A DNA stretch of 64,000 bases from assembly GCA_043228905.1 (NCBI GenBank), contig JBHGNT010000020.1, positions 3,596,001 through 3,660,000 of the forward strand, given 5' to 3'. A program made the position numbers and the translations under genes. Position 1 is the first letter of the stretch, and every line of letters begins with the position of its first letter. A model generated the notes under the pieces. It searched no databases and had not been told where the DNA came from. It saw only the letters and a program-made list of their open reading frames with translations. Source of the stretch: Azolla caroliniana. Taxonomy: Eukaryota > Plantae > Polypodiophyta. This document shows positions 38,020 to 48,572 of the stretch, in pieces.

Positions 38020-41000
38020 TGTTGAGTGACAAGCTCAACATTGGGTGCGTAATATGACGCGTAACCCAGTGTGTAGATTGGGTGCATGAAAGAGTACGCA
38101 CAATAGGGCCGCATCGGTGTGAAAACCGAAGAGGCCATTAGAGCATTATTCCTCATAAGGAATAATTTTAGGAGTTAGTGTAGTAGGCTCATTTATGAGC
38201 GGTCAAGTACTATCAGCCCTATTGTCAGGGCTTGTATAAAAGGTGCCCACTGAGCACGGTGTATGTACAGATTGAGTATTATTTGAATTGAGTTTCTATG
38301 TATTGTCTCTCTGTCTCTCCCTCTCCCTCTCCATCTCTACGTCTTCTGTGTATTATCAAACTATCCTGTTCCTTCGAACTGTGTACTCTGTGTTTCGCAT
38401 ACGCTTCCGCACAACGTATTCTTTTACATGGTATCAGAGCGCGAGGGTTGAAGTCCTCTGCAACTGACAAGAAAAGTTTGTGACGAAACAGAGTTGAAGT
38501 TGTTCACTTTCGAGAAGAAAAAGACAGTACTATGGACAGAGGAATGGGAAGCTCACTTCCGACTGAAAAGCTTGACAGAAGCAACTACGCATCTTGGTCT
38601 TACAAGATGCACCAGTACCTGCTCAGCCATGGCTATTGGAGTTATGTCGAAGGAGAAAACGATGTGGCACTCAACTCGACACACAGGGACTATCCGGCTT
38701 GGGAACAAGCGGCAAGTAGAGTGTTGTACTGCTTCGCGTCCTGTGTGAGCGATCAACTTTTGAGCTATATTCGGGATGCCAAGACGCCGAAGGACGTGTG
38801 GACGAATCTCAAAAGGATTTTCACCGCCATCACAACGGCCAGAAAGCTGCAGCTTAGACAGGAGCTCAGCAATGTACGACAAAGAGATATGTCAGTGGCT
38901 GATTACACCACCAAGATCGAAGAAATCTGCGACTCTCTCGCCTTCATCAACGTGAACGTCGAGGAAGATGAAATGGTGCAGGTTTGTCTTGGTGGCTTGG
39001 CGTCAAAGTACGGACCTTTCCGAACGGCGGTCTACACGAGGGAGATTACGCCTTCGTTTTTCGAGCTTCAGTCAATGTTTCTCATAGAAGAAAACCACGT
39101 GGGTGCATCGATGAGTGCGCACGCCGATGGCAAGATGCTTTACATGGAGGATGATAGGCCCCGTGGTCGTGGTGGACGAGCCGGATCGGCGCACAATGGA
39201 GGCGGCTGAAAAGAGCAGAATGTATGGCATAATCGAGATGCCGAAAGCAATTCCGAACCCTCCGCAAGTAGGGGGAGTCATGGTGGCGCCGGAAGACGGC
39301 AAGAGAAAACCGCGCCGGAATGCTGGTAATGTGGCAAGAAAGGCCATAGGGAGAGCGAGTGCTGGAAGAAACAAGCCAACTCGGACAAAGCTGGACTGAG
39401 CGGAAGAGACGCAGGAAGGCTTCAAAGATCGCACTACACTGAGGGCTCTGAACGGGCCAGAGATGGAGTGGGCCCTGCCTTTGTAATGAAGCATAAGGCC
39501 AACTCAATGGCCGTGAACAACTCGAAATCAAGCGAGGTGTGGTATGTCGATTCCGGAGCGTCAAATCATATGACGAGTCACAAGGAATGGTTCTCGTACT
39601 TGGAGAAGTCGGAATCACGAGGGCTTTTCGAACATGTCGGTGAAGTTCCCCTCAGCCACGTTGGCAGAAGGGGAAGCTTATGAATGTGTTGTACGTCCCG
39701 ACAATAACGAAGAACTTGGTGTCAGTCAGTCAGATCGTCGACCAAGGTATGCAAGTTCGATTCACGCACCTCGGATGCTTCATAGAAGAGGAAGGCAAAG
39801 TCATCGTGCAAGGGCGCCATGAAGGGAGGATGTTTATCCACGACACTAATCAAGCCGGAACAACGTTGTACGTGAAAGGACAAAAAGTCGAATCGGATAT
39901 CAACCTATGGCACAAGCGGTTCGGCCACATAAATTTCCCACGGCTTTGTGAAATGCAAACGAAGAACATTGTTTTCGGGTTGCCGAAATTTCATGGTCGG
40001 AATGGCCAAGTCTGCGAAGCCTGTCAGATGGGAAAACAACACCGACTTCCATTCCCCAACGAGCGTAATCGGAGTCGTAATCCGCTCGATTTGATCCATT
40101 CGGATGTGTGGGGTCCGACACAGAACGTGAGTCTCGGTGGAAGCCGTTACTTTGTAACCTTCATCGATGATTTCACTCGGTACACGTGGGCATGCACGAT
40201 CGCAAAGAAGAGCGAAGTTTTCACATGTTTCCTGGAGGTGAAGAGCCTCACGGAAAGGGAAACAGGGCGTAAAATCAAATGTCTACGGTCCGATGGCGAG
40301 AAGGAGGGAATTCGATGCGAAAGGGTATAAGTGTTATAACCCCCAAATGAAGGAAGTACCCGTAAGCCGCGATGTCGTATTTGACGAGTCCGCTTCGTGG
40401 TACTTGCCTTCACCTCCAGTACCTCAAGACTCCATTCTGATTTCTGAAGAAGAAATCAGCGAGGCTGAAATGCCTCCACATGATGAGGACGTCGGAGCTC
40501 TAAGAGAGAGTTTGATCTCATTTCAGCTAAGCAGGCCGAATGAGGGGTTGGGCAGAGATGGCCAACTAGATGATGAGACGACGAGTAGTGGAGCCTCGGC
40601 CGTGCATTCCCCGCGTAGGAAGCCGAGGAGACGGCTTCTGTGCAAGGAAAAAGGCAAGAAGAAAATGCCGAAATACGACTTCGGCAGCGCCGAGTCAGAT
40701 CGGAGTGAGTATGACTATGGGCACACTGAAAAAGAACCTCCACGGAAGAGGTCGATAGTAGCCGAGAAGGTCGTGAAATCGGGTAACCATGAATTACGCC
40801 AATCTACCCACCTAAAGAACCCCGTAAAGAGATACAGGTATATTGAGTACATGGTGCACCACCACGCATACATGACGCGAGTGGCGGAAGTGTGTGAGCC
40901 GGCGGCTACGCAAAAGCGGCGAAAGACACGAACTGGCGTGTCGCAATGGAGGAAGAAATGCACACATTATTGGAGAATGAAACCTGGAACCTAGTTGACG

Positions 41001-43393
41001 CATCGAAGGGTGTGAAGCCGATTGGATATAGGTGGGTGTACAAGGTCAAGTACAACACCGACGGCTTGGTCAACCAATACAACGCCATGTTGGTAGTGAA
41101 AGGCTACGCGCAGAAGCACGGCATGGACTATGACGAAACCTTCGCGCCTGTCGCGAAGATGACTACCATGCGAGTCCTACTAGTCGTAGCAACGGCAAAG
41201 GGGTGGCACTTACATCAAATGGATGTAAAGAACGCGTTCCTGCAAGGTGATCTTGAGGAGCAAGTGTACATGGTACAACCCCCCGAATTTCTATCCGAAC
41301 AAAACATCTCGGCAGTTTGCCGATTGAAGAAGTCCTTATACGGACTAAAGCAAGCCCCGCGAGCTTGGAACGCAAAGATTACGCAACAGTTGTGTAGGAT
41401 GGGGTTTGCGTCGTCGAAATTGGACTCTTCTCTATTTGTTCTCCAAGGTCAATATGGACCGGTCAGCCTACTCTTGTATGTTGATGATTTAGTGATCGTT
41501 GGTGCAGACCTTGATGAAATCCGCCGCTTGAAGTCTTAGCTTGCAGCATCGTTTGAAATGAAGGATCTCGGAGACCTTCATTACTTCCTCGGGATCTAAG
41601 TGATCTGTACCTCCGAAGGCGTATTGATCAGCCAGCGTCATTACGCGTTGAATATGCTCTTCAAGTTTAGGATGGCAAATTGTAAGCCCATCTCGATCCC
41701 TCTAGATAGAAACGCAAAGCTTCGCCGAGATTCGGGGAAGGCGTGCAACCCGACACGGTTCCGATAGATTGTCGGAAGCCTTATCTATTTGATGATTACT
41801 TGGCCGAATCTTAGTTATCCAGTCAGCCTAATCAGTCAATTCATGTCGCAGCCCACGGCCGAACACTTTTAGTGTGCGCAACGGATTCTGTGTTATGTTA
41901 GCAGCACGAAAGACATGGCGTTGTTTTATCGGGCAGGCGTAGCCAAACAGTTAGTCGGCTACACGGATGCCGATTGGGCCGGAAACGCTAGTGATCGTAG
42001 ATCCACATCCGGATACGCCTTCTCGTTAGGAAGTGCGGTGATCGTGTGGAGCAGCAAAAAGCAGCCGACAGTGGCACTGTCAAGCACAGAAGCCGAATAT
42101 CGAGGGGCGACTGTCGCTATGTGCGAAGTCATTTGGCTGAAACGACTATTACAGAATCTGCAGGTAGAGGTGTTTGATCCGACGACGATCTTTTGTGATA
42201 ACCTCAGCAATATCCACCTTGTGAAGAACCTCGTTTTCCACGCCCAGACCAAGCACATTGAGGTGCATTACCATTTTGTCTGCGAGCAGGTCCTTTCAGG
42301 AGAAGTCGAATTGGTGCATGTTTCGACTAATCGGCAGATTGCCGACATCTTCACGAAACCTCTTGGTCTTGACAAGTTACGGCATTTCTCGGGTGCGCTT
42401 GGGTTGCGTCACCTCAACACGCCGAACTTGAGGGGGAGAAAGGAAGACAAACAGGAACAAGAGCATGAAAGAAACGGAGGTAAGCGTCATGGCGGAAGTG
42501 ACCGAGATGCGGAGTCGGATGAAGAATCTGACTTTGAACCAGCTGAAGAAGCCGAAGACGGAAGCAAGAGCAAGGGCTGTAAGCATAAGAAGGAGTTGAG
42601 GACAGTCGAAACAGGGGGAGATAAGGCCAAGACTAAGACGTGGTCTGATGTAGTCAAAGGCCTAAAGACAAGAGACGAATTGGAGATAGCCATTTCGGAT
42701 GAGAGCGGAATTGAATTGATTCAATCGGAATGTTTGATTCGGATACGCCGAATCGACTGAAGGCCATGCGGAAAAAAGGGCAACGAAGGACGCGCCGACA
42801 CCACGACAGCAAGGAAGCTAAGAAGGGCCGAACGAGTAGACAAGCCGACCGAAAGGGTCGAAGCGCGCGGAATCGAACGGGTCGAGGAGCGTGAGCGAGG
42901 CATGAAGCCAAAAGGAACCGGAGCGTAGATCCGGTGGAGCAAGTGGGACCTCAAGTTGAGCTTGAGGGGGAGTGTTGTGTGACAAGCTCAACATTGGGTG
43001 TGTAATATGGCGCGTAACCCCATGCCTAGACTGGGTGCGTGAAAGAGTACGCACAACAGGGCCGCATCGGTGTGAAAACCGGAGAGGCCGTTAGAGCGTT
43101 ATTCCTCGTAAGGAATAATTTTGGGAGTTAGTGTAGTAGGCTCATTTATGAGCGGTCAAGTACTGTCAGTACTTGTGTCAGCCCTATTGTCAAGGCTTGT
43201 ATAAAAGGTGCTCACTGAGCACAATGTATGTACAGATTGAGTATTATTTGAATTGAGTTTCTATGTATTCTCTCTCTGTCTCTCCCTCTCCCTCTCCATC
43301 TCTACGTCTTTTGTGTTTTACCAAACTGTCCTGTTCCTTCGAACTATGTACTCTATGTTTCGCATACGCTTTCGCACAACGTATTCTTTTACA
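38020..43393 (+). mobile_element. Ty1/copia element D (A/C-related), both LTRs present, integrase internally deleted
   Basis: LTRs 38020-38428 and 42973-43393; TSD AATTT; PBS TGGTATCAGAGC 38429-38440; PPT TTGAGGGGGAG. Gag MDRGMGSSLPTEKLDRSNY, WYVDSGASNHMT, IHSDVWGP, LYVDDL, YTDADWAG. CLRSDGEKE is fused directly to FDAKGYKCYNP near 40300. Confidence 0.95.
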
Positions 43394-43398
43394 AATTT

Positions 43399-44350
43399 GG
43401 AAGGAGTCGACCTTTTATGCCAACAAAGTGGTGTTGGATAAGCCAGTGGGGGAGACCACACTTGCCACCATTCAAACAATTGAGTCGAAAGGGAAACAAG
43501 TAGATGGTCAAGCATCGGTAATGACAATTGATACAATGCTGAGATTTCTGGATTTGTCACAATAGTTTGTCACAATATTACAATACAGCACAAGCTATGA
43601 GCTTGTGGAATGGCTCGTAGACAGACAACTTTTGCAGCATCCTAGCTAGCAAAAGAGCATGAGGAAAGGGTAATGATAAACAAAGCATTGACCGAAACGA
43701 CTAGGTCGACAAAGCATAATCAAGCGGGGATAGAAATTCTACCACTTCATATGATATTGGTTGAAGCATACAAGGAATTGGCTACGGCTCAAAAGCAACA
43801 AAGAATATGACTCAGATAAGTAAGAGAATGCAGAAAGAAGCCAAACATTTGGCTAAGGAGTGGATGAAGTCCAATGAAAAAGTGAAGCTTTTGGAGGAGG
43901 AACTACAAAAGGCCTAAAAAGCTTTAGTTCAAAATGATGAGATGGCTAATAATAATAATGAGATATTGTTGGAAGAATTAATAGCACAAATGGCAATAGC
44001 CGAAAAGGATAAGAAGATGAATAAAGCATTGGAAGAAGAAATTAATAAGCTAAAGGACGAAATAAGGCAGTTGAAAGATAGGGAGAATAAAGTGTGAGCT
44101 CAGGATGGACGAAGATTGAAAGAGATAAAAGAAGAATTTGATAAATTGAATCAGGAGCATCACAAGCTCATACAAGTGTTTAAACAACAAGAGAAGGAAT
44201 TAGAAGGGGCTAAAACTATAATTAAAAAGCAAGAAGAAGGCTTATAAAATGAGAAGACGTTGTATGATGAGAAAATAATGAAGATTCAGGAGGAAGCCAA
44301 TGAAGAAAAACAAAGCACGACTAAGGAGCTAGAGAGGATGGCCAAAACAA
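43399..44350 (+). pseudogene. Degenerate Glu/Lys-rich coiled-coil ORF fragment, probably a retroelement accessory ORF
   Basis: Purine-rich heptad-like coding (KVKLLEEELQKA, KALEEEINKLKDEIRQLK) with stops; no recognisable domain. Confidence 0.35.
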
Positions 44351-45935
44351 GAATGTTGGCTCCCCCTTTGGCTTTCCGGAAGTGTTGGCAATTCTTTTGG
44401 AAGTGCCCCGGCTTTCCGCAATAAAAGTAACTAGGCCTCCCCCTTCACTTCGACCCCGTCCCCGATTTGTCCCGGTTTTGGGGACTTCGATTCCGGCCTC
44501 TTCCCCGGTTATGGTCGTCTTCCGTAACCAAGGCCTTCGGATCGGTTCCAGACTCTCGGACCTTCCGGCGGGCTTCTTCGTTTAGCAAACTTGACTTCAC
44601 TCTCGCCAGGGATAGGTTCTTTTGTTCCGGTCCTGCATTGCCCAAAGTAACAACCAATGTCTCCCAGCTATCTGAAAAGGACCCGACCAATAACAATGTT
44701 AGTACCTCGTCAGCTAACGGTCTGGAATGTCGGCTCCCCCTTTGGCTTTCCGGAAGTGTCGACAATTCTTTTGGAAGTGCCCTTGCTTTCCGCAATAAAA
44801 GCAAGTGGGCCTCCACCTTGATTTCGACCTCATCCCCGATTTGCCCCGGTTCTGGGGACTCTGATTCTGGCCTCTTCCTCGGTTATGGTCGTCTTCCATA
44901 ACCAAGGCCTTCGGATTGGTTCCGGACTCTCGGACCTTCCGGCGCACTTCTTCGTTTCACAGACTTGACTTCACTCTCGCCAGGGATAGGTTCTTTCGTT
45001 CCAGTCCGGCATTGCCCAAAGTAACAACCAATATCTCCCAACTATTTGGAAGGGACCCGAACAATAACAATGTTAGTACCTCGTCGGCTAATGGTACTTC
45101 AAGCGAGGTAGTCTGGTTTATCAGCCCTTGAAAGGCGTTCAATGCTCTGTCATGCTAGCGTTGTTTTGATACCAGTGTCTCACTATCTTCTGGAATACCG
45201 AAACCTGATTTACGATGTTCTTATTGCATCGAATGTATGCCGTCATTTTCATGTGCATTACTTCCTAGGTCACAACATCGACTTTATCTGATCTTTTGTC
45301 TCCAAATTGTACCGGCAGCCAGAGATCTTTGACCACCAACATGTCCCTCATCGTCGACTTCCACACTGGTTAGTTGGAGCCGGTGAGCTTGAACACGCCG
45401 TTGAATGGATCTTCCATGCTCTAATACTAGTTTGTTGGAAAAAAAAAACAAATTAGGAGTGTCGGCCACAATCGAGTCCCAATCTCACTATGGAAGAAAT
45501 AGAAAGCATAAACAAGACGACACATAATATTAACGTGGAAAACCCTAATCAGGAAAAACCACGACAGTTCTCGTAACTCCGAATAGGATCACTATAGAGG
45601 AGAGGTACAACAATGTGAGACTCAAAGGAAACAACCTCAAACTCTACCTTCGCCAACCAACGGTTACAACAGAAAATCTCTCTCTCTCTCTCTCTCTATG
45701 TGTGTACAACCAGCAAGATAGTAGCAACAACTAACACACCTATAACAGTATTGCCCTAGTTATATTTATACTCATATAACTTTAGGATTATTTACAAATG
45801 TGACCTCCATTATCACGTCGAAACATATACATATACTAATATGTTTGGCCGGATACCAACGGGATCCATCCGATCCGATTTTCGGATATCTTCTGGATCC
45901 ATTGGATCCCATCCAAAGGGACCGAATTCCCAATA
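44351..45935 (-). mobile_element. Truncated copia K (I-related): 5' LTR, PBS and gag only
   Basis: LTR 45433-45935 whose start resembles the I LTR; degenerate PBS 45429-45418. Gag from 45417 MEDPFNGVFKLTGSN...MRDMLVVKDLWLPVQF. A 374-bp tandem duplication (44351 / 44725) covers the CFYCGKxGHFQKNC knuckle. Confidence 0.85.
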
Positions 45936-46384
45936 CGAAGGAACATGGGAGCTGACACAACATCTCAAGCATGCCCCAGACGCAGTTCGGGCATTTCATG
46001 AACGATATCCACAAAAACCAGTCGCGGGTCCTGGGAGACAGCCTCAAAGGGAGGATAATATCATAGACAGGATGCCACATGGAATGTAAGGGGTTAAACC
46101 CATGACCTCCTGGTCTTATTGGGCAACCTTATTGTATTGTATAAGATTCAACTTATTACATTGTAGGTTAATCACTAGAAGTTTCCTAGCTTTCATGCAT
46201 ACCTCCACATTCTTGTATAAATACTCAGGTGCACCTTGATTACAATCAAGGTGAACAACACTAGTTACGGAAGCATAATATCAGTTCTTGTTATCTTGTC
46301 TATTCTCTCTCTCTCCCTTTCTTGTTCTCTTGATTATACTCTCGCTTTCTCTTAGTATTTAGCCTCTTCTACGCGTCTGTGACA
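45936..46384 (+). mobile_element. Chromovirus 3' end: chromodomain C-terminal half, PPT and 3' LTR
   Basis: EGTWELTQHLKHAPDAVRAFHERYPQKP; PPT AAAGGGAGGATAA; LTR 46059-46384 with inverted termini TATCATAGAC...GTCTGTGACA. Confidence 0.8.
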
Positions 46385-47845
46385 GTAAGTCACCTTAATG
46401 GTAAAGGTTTGTATTGTTGCTTCATAGATTTCAAGAAAGCTTTTGATATGGTACCTTGTGAGCATCTTTGGAGGTGAATGGAAGAACTCGAGGTGCCAAG
46501 TTAATATATGCTTGCAATTTCCTGAATATATGAGAAGGTTATATGTTGTCTGTGTATGAGAGGTAGACTTTTAGATTTTTTCAATAGCACTATTGGTGTT
46601 AAGCAAGGATGCCCAGTCTCACCAACTCTATTTGGTCTATGCATTGATGAATTGGAAGAAATGGTTGCCAAGTTTGTAAAGGAAGAATGTGTTGAAGAAG
46701 TTGCCATTGGGAATGTTATCATTATGCTTTTGTTATATGGCAGATGATGTAGTACTTTTTGCAAATATTGTAGGAGATGCACAAAAGCTTATGAAGGCAT
46801 TGGAAAAAATTTGCATGTATACTAAATTAAGTGGCAATAGCTCTAAAACAAAGATTATGCTTGTGAAGAGCCAAAAAATAGATAAACCATGCATTATGTA
46901 CAATGATGAGCCACTTGAAAAATGTGTGGAAAACTTCAAATATATTGGCCTTGAAGTTCCTTCAAATCATAGATGGAATGAATGTGCTACACGCTACTTA
47001 GAGGCGGGAAAGCGAGCATATGATGCATTTGAGGACAAATGCAATCATGGATATATTAAGTGTTGGGTCCTCAAGAACTACCTTTTCGACACTTCACTGA
47101 CATTGGTGCTTCTACAAGTTAAGAAACAAATGTCATATACTCTCCTCCTTGAGATGGAATCACTTCCCATTGAGAACATGGCCATGGTAAGTTCAAAAAT
47201 GTCCCCCACATTGACTTCCTAGAATTGCATGGGAAGCAAACAAAAAGATCCAAAAGACGTATAAAAGCAAAATTTTGCGTTTCGGTTAGATGCAAGATAT
47301 AGAAAATTTGTTTGGTAGATGGGATGCAACACACTTGCTTTATGATGCATCACTAGATTCCTTTGTAAATGCAGCTTTTTGGCAACACCAATGTATCATG
47401 AGATGGGACAAATGTGGAGGCTCACACTTCACACATTATACTACACATGTTGCACCTAACTACAAAACCATATTCTTAGCGGAACAAGAAAACCATACAC
47501 ATCGATACATGTTAGAGCCCATCGAGTTATTTACCATTCGAACCATTGCTTCCATTCGACTTAGCTCACATGCACTGCGATGTGAGACGGGGTGTTCGGG
47601 TACACGTGATGAGAGTGGTCAACTATGCACACTTTGCCCTAAACAAGTTCGAGAGACCAAGTATCACACTTTGATACAATGCTCTACCTTCGATCATATC
47701 CGGCCATGCTTTCCACACATCTTCGACCAAAGCTCAATTATTGCACGAATTTCTCTCAAAACCACAATGTGCACTCTCGGATTGCAACATTCATTTGTAA
47801 AGTTCTTAAACATTGAGATTCGCTACTTACTTTCACATGTATAAC
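46385..47845 (+). mobile_element. Non-LTR retrotransposon (LINE) ORF2 remnant: RT and C-terminal Zn-finger; RTE/RTEX-like
   Basis: CCFIDFKKAFDMVP, GVKQGCPVSPTLFGLCID, LLLY/ADDVVLFA (frameshifted), FKYIG and IRLSSHALRCETG...LCTLC...HTLIQC. Confidence 0.85.
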
Positions 47846-47966
47846 GTGAAATGTAATATTTTTAGTCTCATAGGTCAGTCATATTTGACCTCCCTTTTGC
47901 TTGAGTCTTCTTGCATAACACTTTGCTTGCACGCCAACAAACACATGAGAGGTTTTAGCTCACCAA

Positions 47967-48144
47967 TTTCTTCTTCTTCTTCTTCTCTCTATCCATCCAC
48001 TCACCCATCCATTCACCCATCACAATCTTCTTCTTCTTCTTCTTCTTCTTCTTCTTCTTCTCTCTCTCTCTCTTCATCCTCTCACCCATCATCAATCATC
48101 GTCATCACCACCACCACCACCACATCATCATCATCATCATCATC
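47967..48144. repeat. (TCT)n, (CAC)n and (CAT)n microsatellites in the 5' leader of the host gene
   Basis: Simple repeats directly upstream of the ATG at 48145. Confidence 0.9.
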
Positions 48145-48399
48145 ATGACCAGGAAAACAGAGGAATGGAAGCAGAGGGCAGAGCTCCCATGGCGCCAGAA
48201 GCCCCCCCAGAAGGAGCCCTTGAAGATGAGGGTTACTAAAGACCAAGGCTCCGAATCTACCATGTATTTGCCTGCCACCACCCAGAAACAGAACCCGAGA
48301 GATCGTCTGCGTGAGAGGGCGCGTCGTCGCCATGAAGAAGAACACGATGGCTTCGGTGCCGATCCTCGCCTCCAGATTGCCTTCAGCAAGAATTTCAGG
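48145..48399 (+). CDS. Exon 1 of a conserved uncharacterised plant protein (147 aa, 3 exons)
   Basis: ATG at 48145; MTRKTEEW...DPRLQIAFSKNFR; donor AGG|GTGCGT at 48400; 255 bp, phase 0. Confidence 0.85.
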
Positions 48400-48473
48400 G
48401 TGCGTTTTGTTTTCTTCTCTCTCCCTCCCTCCCTCTGTCTCTATGTATTCTTAAACTTCTTGCTTCCTAGTTT

Positions 48474-48491
48474 CCATACATACATGCATAC

Positions 48492-48536
<45 letters not shown>

Positions 48537-48572
48537 GTGTATCTATCTATCTATCTATCTACCTATCTATAT
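48474..48572. repeat. (TACACA)n and (ATCT)n microsatellites in intron 1
   Basis: Directly visible simple repeats. Confidence 0.9.

Noticed and set aside
43399-44350. Host myosin/SMC-like gene
   Set aside because: Multiple stops, no splice structure or domain, and embedded among retroelement debris.
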